DNA of 64,000 nt, taken from assembly GCF_009914755.1 (NCBI RefSeq), contig NC_060942.1; one strand, given 5' to 3'. A model generated the notes under the pieces. It saw nothing but the letters and a program-made list of their open reading frames with translations, was not told where the DNA came from and ran no database searches. This document shows, one piece after another, positions 1 to 14,070 of this stretch (position 1 is the first letter of the stretch; every line of letters starts with the position of its first letter). The DNA is from the human T2T-CHM13v2.0 reference genome, Homo sapiens. A program made the translations under genes and the position numbers.

Positions 1-59
1 AATTATTTAGATACCATTACTTTGTGATCTCAAATTAGCATCAACACCAGATTTTTATT

Positions 60-235
60 ATTCTCCACCACTGTGTATTATAGTTATCCACTTACCTGTC
101 TCACCCCTATTAAAACAGGACTCTGCTGAGATTCAGGGCAATGCCTTAATCATCTCTGTCTCCACAGCACAAAGATAGCATCACATATCTTAGAGACTCA
201 TTTATTACTAATTGTTGTTTGTTAAATGAATGAAA
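60..235 (+). mobile_element. L2 LINE 3' end fragment (ancient)
   Basis: Degenerate L2 3' terminus ending in ...ttgttaaatgaatgaa. Confidence 0.55.
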
Positions 236-564
236 GAAGAAAATAAATTAATGCATAGATTAATAAATAAAGGTATTGAGCCATTTAAAATTCCACTCAC
301 ACATCAGAGTTTTTATAAAATATCCACAAAATGGTCCCCAAGCCTTGAAACACATGTACCAAAGAAGATGACCAGGATGGCTGGGGCGGATATACTGGTT
401 ATTGGTAGTCACATCCTATTGTCATACCAAAATTAGGTAATGTCAGCCAGACGCTCCAATATTTTCCACATGCTATGAATTCATATCAGTTCAGGTACCT
501 TTTGAGTCCAGAAGCAGAAGTGTCTATGAGTCCGTAACAAACACTAATATGTCAACTTGGTCCC

Positions 565-1070
565 ATATTTAACTTTATATTGATGAATGACACACATAGA
601 TAAAAGTAAAAAATCAGGTGTCCAACTTGATGAATTTCCAATAGAACAACCCCTGTAACTAGTACCCAAGTTAAAAAAAGAATAAACATTACCAGCACCC
701 TAGAAGCTCATCTTTTTGCCTTCTTCCTGTCACCATCCCAGCAAGTGCAAATGCAACCCGTATTCTAACATTGTGCATTAGCTCAGCCAGTTTTCAAAAG
801 GTGTACCCATGAAATAATATTGAGTGAATTCTGATGTCTTCTTTTATTCCCCCTTTTTTTTTTGTCACTCTTCACCACCACCTTTTATTCTCATTGCTGG
901 TATAGTATTCCATTGTGTGAATACCCTATAATGCAGTTAGTCATGCTAGTGTTGATGAATGTTTGGGTAGTTTCTCATTTGGTGCCAGTAGCAATAGTGT
1001 GCTATAAACATCTTGTGCAGATTTTTGTGGATATATGCTTAGTATTCTATTACACCCAATAGCTTTTTGA
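565..1070 (-). mobile_element. Ancient L1ME-type 3' UTR fragment
   Basis: Motifs aacattaccagcaccctagaagc and tatagtattccattgtgtgaatac typical of old L1M 3' ends read antisense. Confidence 0.6.
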
Positions 1071-1079
1071 ATCATAAAT

Positions 1080-2345
1080 CTATTTCAGTCTTACCAGCTC
1101 CACCTCCAAACATTTTCAAATCTATCCACCTCTGGCTTCCCTGCTCCCAAGTTAGCCTCAACAACCTCACCTCTGATTGCAGAATATGGCAATAAATCCT
1201 AACTCATCTCTGCTTTCATAATCCATGTAATCTGTTCTACACAGCCAGACATTGTTATTTTTTAAATAATGTAAATAAGTTCATATCCCATGACTGCTTA
1301 AAACTCACCAGTGGTTTATATATATTTATTAAAATAAAAGAAACACTCCCTAGCATGTCCTACAAGGCTCTATTTGAATGACCTCTGCCTACATCTCCAG
1401 ATGGATTTTGAATATTTTGAATCATTCTCTCTCTCCTCTTCACTCTTCTCCAGCCACGCTGGCTTTCTTGCAGGAATCAAATAGGCTAAACGTGTTTCTT
1501 CTTTCTAATGCATCTGCCCTAGAATTTTCACACAGCAAAATCTTTTCCTTCATTCAGGACTCTTATCAATGTTATCTCCTTAGAGAGACCTTCCCTGACC
1601 CCTCCCGCCAATCTAAAACAGCACCTCCCTCTAGGTCATTTTCCATCTGGTTAAATGGAGCTCATTTCTCTGCCTAATGTGTCTGTTATCTATTTCCTTG
1701 CTTACTGACTCTCCTATTGTTTATAACAGTTTTATTGAGATGTAATTTACATACTACCATAAAATTCACCCTTTTAAAGTGTACAATTCAGTGGGTTTTA
1801 GTATATTCACAAAGTTGTACAAGCATCATCACTATTTAATTTCAGTACATTCCTATCTCCTCAAAAGAAACTCTGTACCCATTAGCAGTCACCATTCTCC
1901 TTCCCCTCAGCGCCTGGCAACCACTAACCTACTTTCTATTACTATGAGATTGACTATTCTGGACATTTTATATAAACAGAATTATACAATATGTGCCTTT
2001 GTGTCTGACTTCTTTCACTTAGCATTACATTTTCAAGGTTCATCATGCTGTAGCACATAACAGTACTTCATTTTTTTCTTTTGCCAAATAATATTCCTTT
2101 TGGACATATATATCACATTTTATTCAACCATTTTTCATTAGATGGACATTTGAGTTATTTCCTTTTCTGGCTATTCTACATAATGCTGCCATGAATGATT
2201 TTGTATACATTTTTCTGTGAATGTATGTTTCATCCAGGTGTGGATGACTGTCTTTTGACATTAGAATAACATCTCATCTCTAGTAGTAGACACTGCTGGC
2301 ACTAGCATATAGGAGGTACCCAACACATTTTGCTGAATTAACCTA
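1080..2345 (+). mobile_element. L2 fragment interrupted by an L1MB insertion
   Basis: L2-like ccagccacgctggctttcttgc, ccttccctgacccc; terminal part resumes at about 2250-2345 after the L1. Confidence 0.6.
1720..2235 (-). mobile_element. L1MB-type 3' end
   Basis: ttttattgagatgtaatttacatac...ccttttaaagtgtacaattcagtg...ctggcaaccactaacctactttc. Confidence 0.8.
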
Positions 2346-2439
2346 GGATCTCAAAGCAGGATTATCCAGAACTAATTACCTTTTATAGTTTATTTTAATA
2401 ATATGTTATCACTTAGGCCTCAACTGCCTAATAAAAATG

Positions 2440-2720
2440 GGCCAGGCATGGTGGCTCATGCCTGTAATCCCAGCACTTTGGGAGTCTGAGGTGGGTGGAT
2501 CACCCGAGGTCAGGTGACTAGCCTGGGCAACATGGTGAAACCCCGTCTATACAGAAATACAAAAATTATCCGGGCATGATGGCAGGTGCCTGTAATCCCA
2601 GCTACTTGGGAGGCTGAGGCAGGAGAATTGCTTGAACCCTGGAGACAGAGGTTGCAGTGAGGTTGCCATTGCACTCCAGCCTGGGCGACAGAGTGAGACT
2701 CCACCTCAAAAAAAAAAAAA
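2440..2720 (+). mobile_element. AluS with small internal deletions
   Basis: Dimeric Alu from ggccaggcatggtggctcatgcc to poly(A). Confidence 0.95.
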
Positions 2721-3149
2721 TTCAATGAAAAGCTAGTTTTTCCATGCTAGTTTTCACATTAATCAGCACGTCCTGAGAATCATGTGTTCAGAGGGATATT
2801 TGAACTTAAACACACAGTACAATTTGGAGGAGGGAGCAGATTCATGGGTAAAATAAAAATACAAAAGAAGAAAATTTAACTATGGCCACTTCTACAGAGG
2901 AATTTTCTTGCAGGACCTTGGTAAAGATTCTCTGAGACCAAACAAAAAAATTACTTTAGGGCAAGCAGGTCATATCCTTTAGAATGTGCTGATCCAGTTG
3001 AGAAAATAAATGAAGCAAATGACTTTAAATATTTGGGGCTGCTGCTTACATCAAAACTGGAGTCAAATGTTTTTATCTTCATAGCTGTGGGAATTTATCT
3101 CAAAATCCTCTTGGAATCACATTTATCTCTCAGCAAGGTTGTTTAAGAC

Positions 3150-3380
3150 CATCAAGGCACAAGAACTGCCCCAGTGGAACCGGACCAATGGCCCATCCAG
3201 CCCAGGATCTTGCCTCTGAGAGTAGCCAGTGTGGAATAGTATTAAAAAAAAAAAAAAAGTAAAAGTCCTTACTGAAATGCACATAATTGTGCAATGTCAG
3301 AGCAGGGGGCTTGGAGCAATCTCTACTGAGCCCAGCTGGTGACCAGCTTCTGCCCTGAAGCAGAAGGCCTGACGGCCCTT
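3150..3380 (-). mobile_element. Very ancient CR1-family LINE 3' end relic
   Basis: aagaactgcc...gaccaatggcccatccagcccaggatcttgcctctga and gccctgaagcagaagg resemble the reverse complement of sauropsid CR1 3' ends (recalled consensus). Confidence 0.55.
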
Positions 3381-3850
3381 GTAAAACTTAGCCTGGCAAG
3401 TGTAACTGCCGGCTCCATTTCAGATCATGATTTCCTTCCCCTGGTGTCTTTAGAAAAGAAGGCTGGATATTTACCACCCAACAAGTTTGCTGCTATCACA
3501 TTATGGTGGGCCATTAGAGTTAATCCATTAGCAAAGGGGGAAAGATCTTCAGGGATCTTTAAAGTTGAACATTGAGATAATTTGCTACCATTTCTTCTAA
3601 AATATTTATTTTATTCTTAGGCTTTTTTTTTTTTTAAGAGAAATACTCTTTTCATTCTGCCTTACTTGGATGTGTTCCCTTAAACAAAGCTGATATCTTC
3701 AGCTAACTGTCTGTGCATCATAAACAGGCCAGCTAGAATAGGCAAAGTAGTTAAGATTTGGAGCTGAATGGTTTCTCTTTAGCTTCCTGGCTGACACAAT
3801 GCTTATATTTCCAGTCTTGATGAAAGAAGAGCAAATTATTCATTCATTTA

Positions 3851-4315
<465 letters not shown>

Positions 4316-4984
4316 TTAAAAATATATATATTTACAAATCAGAATACAATTGCATAATAGAAACAAAGAAGGCATTGAAATAAAAAAAAAAAATTGGCAG
4401 CCAGGAGAGGGCTTTAACTACTTTAGATGTTTAAACAGAAATACTGCAATAGTGAAGGGTGAGCTCCAGCAGAGAGAAGCAAGGGCTGGGCTGTGAGGTT
4501 GCAATGAGGTTGGCATGCTCCAGAACTGGGCAACCACACATCTGACAAGAGCATTGTCTGTGAAGAAGCAACATGACATGAGTTTCAGTGATTTAGGCAA
4601 GGCCTATATATAGTCTTATATGCCATGAGAGAAAGTTTGAATTGTATTTTCATGCAATGGAAATGTTTAACTCTTGAGGCCACTATTTAGCAAGTTAACA
4701 GTTACTAAATAAGTACTGACAATACAGGCAGGTTTCTGTGGGAACAATTGACCAGACTGCAGAGCAAACCACGCATCTGACCCTTCTGAGGTTCTCTGGG
4801 TGTGGTCCCACTAGGGAATGACCACAGGGGTTAGGTGAAGACTGCTGAGTCTATACAGCTCCTTTATTTATCTGAGATCTTGATCTTTGACCTGGCTTGA
4901 TATGCCGCCCTTCTGCTTAACGTGACCCCTAAACTTGATCAATGTCTCTGTTGGATCTTGCATTTCATTCTCTTTGTCTAATTG

Positions 4985-5290
<306 letters not shown>

Positions 5291-5554
5291 TTGTCTAATG
5301 TTTTAGCAAGGGTATCCCTTCCCCGAATCGTTCTCCCTCATTATTAGCCACTTAATTCAGGACACCTAATCCTGATGGCTAAACCCTTTTAACCCCATGA
5401 AATCTGGCTTCCTCTCTGGGGTAATCAGTTATCATTTTAAGCTTTGGAATTGTCAGGGAAAGTTGCATTGAGATAGAACCCAGGGTTAGAGATAATAATA
5501 AAAGAAGAAACTTCAGAGACTGGGAATTTGGCTAACAGCATGATAAAGCCAGGA

Positions 5555-5770
5555 AAGCACTGATTGAGTGCTTACTAAGTGCTAGGCTCTATGCTATACA
5601 CTTTATATGCATCAACTTATTTAATCCTTCCTAAAATTCTATAAGAAACTTTTCAAGCCATGTTTTGCTGAAGAGAAAACCGTGGCACAGAAAGGAGATG
5701 TAAAACGTTCAAAGTAAAAAGATAGTGGAGCCAGGATTTGAACCAGAGAGTCTGATACTAGAGCCATTGT
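5555..5770 (-). mobile_element. MIR SINE
   Basis: ttgagtgcttactaagtgctagg...ccaggatttgaacc. Confidence 0.7.
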
Positions 5771-6342
5771 TTGTATAACCAGCAATAAGGAAACAGCATG
5801 GAACTAAAAGTTGGGAGACTTCAGTTCCAAGGGCAGTGCTGCTGACTCACCATGTAACACAACGTCATGCACCCCACAGCTCTTTATAAAGAACATAAAA
5901 AATTCTGCTCATCTCCATTTCCCAGTGACTTGGAGATGTGTCTTCATAGTACGTATCGGGCACCTGTGAGCAACTATGGGCTGTCTCTGCATATTTGGGA
6001 GGGAAGAGAAAAATCATATACAAACATTCACCAATCAAGTATTTAGTGAGTATTTTGCATAATGCCAAACACTTTGTTAAACGCAGGGAGAGACATGTCA
6101 GTAACTTAGAAGACATTCCATGTGTCCCAAACGACTTGCAAAGTAATTGGCATAGTTGATGATATAAAGCAGGATGAGGGATAGCAATGAGGAGAGATAT
6201 AGAAGATCAAAAGAGACAGAAAATAATGCTACCCGGGATATGCAGTGGAAATAGCAACAGGGCTGAGCCTGGAAAAAATGAACAGGTCTCAAACAAGCGT
6301 GGAGGAAAGCAAATTCTAATTTCCTTAATTGAAGAAAAGAAG

Positions 6343-6424
6343 AATATATATATATATATATATAATGTTCAGATTTCTGTTGTCAGGTGACTGAGACCCA
6401 GAAAATAATTCAAAGTATACGCAT

Positions 6425-6460
<36 letters not shown>
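6343..6460. repeat. (TA)n and (CA)n microsatellites
   Basis: TA run at about 6343-6364, CA run at about 6426-6459. Confidence 0.95.
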
Positions 6461-6461
<1 letters not shown>

Positions 6462-7229
6462 CACAGGCTGCCCATGTTGTCTTATTTACTATTTGAATTA
6501 TTAAACTATCCTATTGCATACAAATGTATTTAGCAGGGTTTAAAAGTTCAGAGTGAAGGCAGGAAATGGAGGGAGGTAAAGCCACTCTGTGGTTTGTACA
6601 TCAGGGCAGTTGTCTTTCAACTCACCAGAGGTGCATCAAAATCACCTAGGGAGCTTTTTCCAGATATAGCTTCCTGTATTCCACCTCGGGCTTAAAAAGA
6701 TGAGCCTGGGAATATGAAATAGATTTTTGGAAGATCCCAATGACCACAGCTCTAGGAAAGTGCTGTTCTATGAAACAATAGTGGAAAGTATGCCATAGAA
6801 GCCTGAAGACCCGCAAGACAAGAAATCAGAACTTGTACTCATTGGAATGCCTCTTAAAGGAGCTTTGGTTGGAAACAGGCGATATTTAGGAGCTGAATTT
6901 TCAAAATTCACAAAGCAAGAGAAAGTCAGATGCTATGGAAAACCATATCTCACCATCTTTCTGTCCTTCAATGTACCATACAAATATCAAATACAAACTG
7001 GTATATTCCAGGCATCTAATTTCACATTTTTTAAAACAGGGAATCAGTCCTAGGTCCAATCATACAAAATCCTACAACAAAAGTCTAAAGAGTATAAAGG
7101 AAAAAACACACTTCCTGCCTTAAGAAACTTAGAAATGGGACAGAAAATTTTACTATATGAAATATTTAAATAATAATATAAGTGACTGAATGACACAGTG
7201 AATGGTTATCAGTATTGCTCTATATCAAA

Positions 7230-7560
7230 GATCATAAAATGGTAGCCTGTAAATCTCATTCACACATGTTTTGTTTAGCCTGTATGATGTTTTAAAAATA
7301 AAAAATGAATATTTAAAACTTGGGAGATTTCACCTATTGATCAAGAATTTTTAACTTCTCTTGAAAACTTTGGGGGCTCTGGCCTCATGCTGGGGTCTGC
7401 CATCTTGCATGGTCACAGAGGAGCTGAGTGGTGGTGGCAGCTCATTAGCCAAGCTTAGAGTATCCTATTGGCCATAGTCTCCACTACTCTTTCATGCTGT
7501 CCGATCCCACCTTCCTAAATCATTCTTGTTTCTTGCCTAGCCTCTGTAGGTATTTGTGTC
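7230..7560. mobile_element. MER102-like hAT-Charlie DNA transposon relic
   Basis: catgttttgtttagcctg...aaaacttgggagatttcac...cttctcttgaaaa. Confidence 0.5.
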
Positions 7561-7770
7561 TCTGTGCCTGGCTACACCAATTGAGAGGAAAGGGAAGGAC
7601 AGGAATCTAGGCCCTGAAAGAGAGTAAGGATCTGTGTATCTGGACTTTTGGTCAATGCAAAGAAATAGACCTTAATATCCTCATCCCCAAATAAGAAAAT
7701 GTTTCTTTCACCTACCCTATTTCTTCTTGAACTCATATCAGGAGGATTAGTCATTAAAAAATAAAACCTA

Positions 7771-8056
7771 GGCCAGTTTTGGTTGCTCATGCGTGTAATC
7801 CCAGCACTTTGGGAAGCTGAGACAGGAGGGATCATTTGAGCCCAGGAGTTTGAGATCAGCCTGGAAAACATAGCAAGATCCCATTTCTATACGAAATTTT
7901 AAAATTAGCTGGGAGTGGTGGTGTATGCCTGTAGTCTCAGCTTCTCAGGAGGCTGAGGCAGGAGGATCACTTGAACCCAGGTGGTTGAGGTTGAGGCTGC
8001 AGTGAGCCATGACTGCACCACTGCTCTCCAGCCTGGATGACAGAGCAACTGTCTCT
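7771..8056 (+). mobile_element. AluJ lacking a poly(A) tail
   Basis: ggaggatcacttgaacccagg, gaggctgcagtgagccatga are J-type diagnostics. Confidence 0.9.
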
Positions 8057-8934
8057 TTCAGAGCTTATAACTTTAAGAATTCAAAAAGAAATAGAAATGC
8101 TTATGGAAATGTGTTCTAGGATTTGCCATCCTCTACGCACCTGCGTAAGTGAAGGGTACAGGCATTGTTAAAGGAGATGGCATTCACCCATCCAGAGAGT
8201 AAATGGTTGGGTAGAAAATGCTAATAATGAGACCTGGCACCCTGGAGAAATTTAGATTCACAGTGGGGAAAATGGCCAGCAGGTGTGTACCCCTCTGTCA
8301 AGCCCTTGGAAAGGAACTGGGGAACAGGTAGCTTTCATAAGGTTTGAACTCTAAGACATAACTACTCTATTTGCTTTTGACAAAGTGCAATCTAATTGAA
8401 ATCTGATGACCTCAAAGGGGACTCTTCGATGATTGAATTCAGGAGTCAAGAACCATGTACCTACTTTTTCCTTTTCATTTCCAAACCATACAACTTAATG
8501 AGGTAAATTCAAGACCTTATGGAGGATTAGAGAAAAAGAAAAAGGAAAGAAAGAAAACAAAGCCTTAAAAATAAAGAAGAAAAGCCCAGATGGTCTGATC
8601 TGGACTTTTAAAAGTTGGCTGCAGACAGCATTGCTGAGGACCCAGCCATTATTTTTTAATCTCTCATTGACAAGGCAAAGCTTCCCTGCAGACTGGGATT
8701 TGGGACTTGTTATCTCCATTTTATTGGCCTCTTTGCCAAGAATAGCAGGGCCGATAAAACGCAGACTTCAGTCAGCAGGGAAAGAGGAATGGACACTGAG
8801 GCTCTGGGGACAGCAGAGAGCAGCCGCTCACATTCCCCATGGAGGCGGGGAAGGTTGATATTTAGTAGCTGGCAGTGATAAAGAATAAAAGGAAAGAAGG
8901 GTTGGTGTGGTGCAGGAGAAAGAAGGTAAGACAA

Positions 8935-9122
8935 AAGAGAGACAGAGAGAAAGAGAGAAGGAAAGCCGGAGGGAGAAAGAAAAGAAAAGAAAAGAAAAGA
9001 AAAGAAAAGAAAAGAAAAGAAAAGAAAAGAAAAGAAAAGAAAAGAGAAAAGAAAAGAAAAGAAAAGAAAGGGAAGGGAGAGAAAGTGGAAGGAGGAAATG
9101 AGAAGAATGGGGGGAGGAAGGG
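8935..9122. repeat. (AAAAG)n pentanucleotide repeat in a polypurine tract
   Basis: About 13 perfect GAAAA units at 8979-9044 with degenerate GA-rich flanks. Confidence 0.95.
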
Positions 9123-10076
9123 TAGAATAGCTTTATAAATGGGTCAAAATTCTATCTCAGTTTTTTTTTAGCTGCCTTTATTTAAAAGCAAAGTATCAAG
9201 TGACACTGTAAGACAATTCTTCCTCACTTTTCCTTGTGATGTTTGTAGAGAAAATTGGAGGGGCTTCCTGTCACCCTTAGAATAAAGCATAAGACCTCTA
9301 TAAGTTTTACGAGGTACTGTAAAATTTCTCTCCAACCAATCGCACTAGACCTTTGTCACATAGTGCCCCCATGCGAAACCCCAACCTCTGAGATTTCATT
9401 AGTTTTTCATGTTAACTCTACCCATTCTCACCTTTCTGCTTTATTTAAGACATTTCCTCTGCCTGGAGCCCACTCCCATTCCGCTCCAATATGACTAAAT
9501 TGCATTCAATGTCAAGCAGTGGGTTTCTTCTGAATGACTGAAGAGGGATGGTCTTTCAGGACAATGAGACCCTCTTCTGAAATGTATAGGCAAGCATTAT
9601 CCCTGGATGTGGACAGCATGTTTTGGGAACCAGAGAATTAAGGGAAAGGCCAGAAAATGGCGATGGGAGAAGACTTGGGTAGGATATTTCTGAAACAATC
9701 TGTGAAATAAAGGTAGGTCCAGAAACAGAAAACATGTTGACCGTGCACAACCATAATTGACTCTAACTCTCTACACAAACATTCTCCCCTGATCAGAGAT
9801 GCAACTATGTGATAGCCACTTGTGTGATGCTGGTAGAAAGTGAAAATAAAAGTTCTATTTTCTATGCTTGACCAGACTTCCTTCAAGACTATCTTGAGGA
9901 CTCTGTTGATGGTTTATCCAGTAGCCTTTGCATTTTCCCAAGGAAGTGGCTCTGGGATATTCTCCTGGTCAGATGGCAATTGTGAATCATCCATTGGAGG
10001 TTGCACAGTAAGTTCTAATGCGGCATCATGAAATCTGTAAGAGATGCCCCTCAAACCTCAAACACCTGGGACCATC

Positions 10077-10448
10077 TGTATTAGTCCGATCTCATAGTGC
10101 TAATAAAGACACACCCAAGACTAGGTAATTTATAAAGGAAGGAGGTTTAATTGGCTCATAGTTCAGCATGGCTGAGGAGGCCTCAGAAAACTTACAAACA
10201 TGGCAAAGGGGAAAGCAAACATGACCTTCTTCACAGGGTGGCAACAAGGAAAAGTGCCAAGCAAAAGGGGGAAAAGTCCCTTATAAAACCATCAGATCTT
10301 ATGAGAACTCACTATCATGAGAACAGCATGAGGGCAACTGTCCCCATGATTAAATTATCTCCCACCAGGCTTCTCTCAGTACAGGTGAGGATTATGGGAG
10401 CTACAATTCAAGATGAGATTTGGGTGAGGACACAGCCAAACCATATCA
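10077..10448 (-). mobile_element. THE1 (C/D-like) MaLR solo LTR
   Basis: tgtattagtcc...gagatttgggtgaggacacagccaaaccatatca, complete 372-bp LTR. Confidence 0.92.
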
Positions 10449-10949
10449 GCCTGTATAAGAGGCAGCAGTAAAAGAGGGTCATCGGGCCTTAGAAAAAGTG
10501 GTCATCAACAAAAATGGCAACAATCTTCTAAATCACAACCTGGAATATCCTGCTTTCCTGATAAACTAACTCACCTGTTGAACTGTTCCTTAAAAACAAT
10601 AAGTCTGCTTTATTCAGTTTTCTGATCTCTTGGCTTTCTTTCTGTCTGACCCGTCCTGTTTCTACTTTCCCCCAAAACTTCCTAGAGTCCATCGTTCCTC
10701 ATTGTGCTGACCTCCTTGCAAACAGCCCCAACTCCATCACTTCTTTTTCCCTAATTCACATTTTTCTCCCCAAATCCCAACCCTAGATAAACTGAATGGT
10801 CTTCTCTCCCCTTTTACTCTCATAAGTCATATAACTTGAAAGACAATTCACTATGAAATCATGATAACCAACTTCAAACACATATCCATCCTCATCTGCC
10901 ATTCTCACTGCTCTACAATGCTCACTCTTTCATTCTCATCAAAGATTTC

Positions 10950-11210
10950 TTTGCTACTTGGGAGGGAGAAGTGGGAGGACTGCTTGAAGCCATCAGTTGG
11001 AGACCACCTGGGCAACATAGTGAGACATCATCTCTACAAAAACTAAAGAAACAATTAGCGGGACATGGTGGTACATGCCTATAGCCCCAGCTACTCAGGA
11101 GGCAGGAGGATCTCTTGAGCCCAGGAGTTTAAGGCTGCAGTGAGCTGTGATCATGCCACTGCAGTCCAGCCTCGGTAACAGAGCAAAACCTAATCTCTTT
11201 TTAAAAAAAT
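10950..11210 (+). mobile_element. AluJ, 5'-truncated
   Basis: ggaggatctcttgagcccaggagtttaaggctgcagtgagctgtgatc; GA-rich tail follows. Confidence 0.88.
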
Positions 11211-11663
11211 GAGAGAAAGAGAGAGAGAGACAGAGAAAAGAAGAAAAGAAAAGAAAAAGAGAGATTATTTTGTATTTCTCTCTTATTTTTAACCTCCCCT
11301 ATATTTTGTTGAGCAAATTAGGGTCCATCAGCCTGGAATTTTCATACATTCCCACATCCAAATCTTTCAACCTTCCTACATAAATATTCTTCTCGCCATT
11401 TTTTTCCTCTAACTCAGGTGATTAAGTTTCTCTCCTCTACCAAGGGGACTCGTCATATGTGCTCTGCATCACAAATCCCCTCACCTTCTCAAGGGCTTTG
11501 CTTTCTCAATTGCCCCCTTTCTCTCCTACATCAACTTCTCTCTTTTCACCAAATTGTTCATATTTTCCCTGCCTTCTTCACCACCTCTGGGTGTGTGTGT
11601 GGGGGTGGGGTGGGGGTATGGGGCACATAAAGATAATCCTTCGTACATTTAAAAATAAAATTA

Positions 11664-11988
<325 letters not shown>

Positions 11989-12121
11989 AAAAATAAAATT
12001 AAAATTAAATAAAATCTGCCTCCCATAACTTTAGAGTTTCCTACAAACTACAGTACATTTTCTTTGCTTTTCTTCTCAGCTAAACCTGTGAAAAGAATTG
12101 TCTGACATGCTGTCTCTACTT

Positions 12122-12449
12122 CTTTTTTATGATTTTTAGAGACAGGGCTTCACTCTGTCACCCAGGCTGGAGTGTGGTGGCACAATCATTGATCATAGCC
12201 ACTGCAGCCTCGAACTCATGGGCTCAAGTAACCCTCCCAGCCCAGTCTCCCAAGTAGCTGGAACTACAGGCATGCACCACCATGCCTGGCTAATTTTTTC
12301 CCTTTTTTTTTTTTTTTTTTTTTTTTTTCCATAAAGACAGGGTCTCCATATGTTGCCCAAGGTGGACTTGAACTCTGGGACTCAACTGATACTTCAACTT
12401 CAACCTCCAAAAATGTTGGAACTACAGGTGTGAGCCATCACACCTGGTC
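12122..12449 (-). mobile_element. AluJ with expanded central poly(T)
   Basis: Antisense dimer, cactgcagcctcgaactcatgggctcaag; T run at about 12303-12328. Confidence 0.92.
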
Positions 12450-13519
12450 ATGTCTCCATTTTTTTGAGCTCTTTTTCATTTTATAATCCACTCCAGCGTG
12501 ACTTCTCTCCCTGATTCCACTGAAACTGCTCCTTATGGTGGCAGCATTGAACACAGCTCCTTATTCCTGTGTTTTTTCTCTCTTGACCTTCAAGACATCA
12601 TCCTCCCATTGTTTTCCTCCCTCCTCCCTAGCTGTTCTGTCTATCTTTTATAGTTTTCTCCTCCTCTCCCTAAGAGAAGAGTGTTGGAGTTCCTTTGGCA
12701 CTTCACCCCCCTTTTCTATTTTTTCTAGACCCTCTTCCTTTATTCTCACAGTTTTAATTGACATTTATATTTTGATACTTCCCAAATTTACATCCTCAGT
12801 ATGGGCTTCTCTGTTTCACACCCATATATCCTGCTGCCTACTTAACGTGTTTGAGACAGAATTTTTCGTTTTATCCTAAAAATTGTTCTTTCCCCAGTCT
12901 TTCCCATCTCAGTAAATGGCATCACTATCCACACATTTTCTCAAGCCAGAAATCTTAGAGTGTGGCATTCCTCATCCCGCCCCCCTCTGAATTTACATCT
13001 GATCTTCCTTCCACAAAACTATACATTAAATCCTTTGAGCTTTCCTTATTTCCTCACCCAGTATCCTCATCCCAGACACCATCACTTCTCCCAGAGCTAC
13101 CATAAGAACCATCTCACAGGTCTCCCAATTCCTTTGCGGTATTTCAAATACACATTTTCTCCACACATATTTTAAAGTTGCTCTTTAAAACAATATTAAT
13201 TGTATCATGTCACTCTCAAGATCAAAAGCTTTCCAATAATTTCCCATTCCACTTTGAATCAAATGCAAATTCTCTATCATGACCCACGCTATCCTTTTTA
13301 TTGTCCAAATCTTATTTCATGCTACCTTCCACTTTATCTTAAGTGTTTCATTCATGGAGCCCTCCACCCAGTTTCCCAAATATGCAATTCTTCTTTAAGA
13401 TCTCCACATCTGCCATTTTCTCAACTGGATATCTCTTCTAAATGGCTGCCTTTTTCATCCATTGAGCTATAATCATTGCCTCCTTGGAAGTCTTCCTTCA
13501 CCATCATATATAACATGAC

Positions 13520-13725
13520 AGTAATAGTTAACTGTACATTGTGCAGCCAATACACAACTAAGTACTTTAAATTGATTATCCTATTTAATATTTTTAACAA
13601 ACCTATAAGTAATGCATTATATAAAAAAATTAAGGCAGAGATGTGAAATAACTTACTCAAAGACAACATAATTTATAAACAAAGCTCTAGGATTCAAAAC
13701 TAACAAAATCTTAACCACTGTAGTA
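13520..13725 (-). mobile_element. MIR SINE
   Basis: ttaaggcagagatgtgaaataacttactcaa...ggattcaaa. Confidence 0.55.
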
Positions 13726-14070
13726 TATTAATTTATGTTTCCTCCTCTTATTCCCCACATTTTATAATGTGTAAGTAAGCATTAATTCATTTGCTTCATT
13801 TATTCATACAGCTAAAATTTATAAGGACCTACTATGTGTCAGGTCCTGTCCTAGGTAGAAAAGGCAAGATATCCCACATTTTGGGAACTGTGTTTAAATG
13901 GGGATGACTGACAGTAGCCAAAGAAACAAATTTATAAAATTTGTGAGGCCAGGAACATGCTTTGAGATTCATGTGCCCACTGTATTACTGGAGAGACAAG
14001 TGCTTAATGATATTTTTATTAAAATGTGAGCTTTGAGGAAGTCTTTGTTTTGTTTAAATAGCAGAAAGAG

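Noticed and set aside
6620-6640. CTCF-like caccagaggtgca
   Set aside because: Mismatches at core positions and lies in a MER5-like relic
8875-9138. K/R/E-rich ORFs resembling nuclear localisation signals
   Set aside because: Translation of the (AAAAG)n repeat
9910-10040. Minus-strand acceptor followed by FHDAALELTVQPPMDDSQLPSDQENIPEPLPWENAKATG*
   Set aside because: Short, weak pyrimidine tract, no recognisable homology
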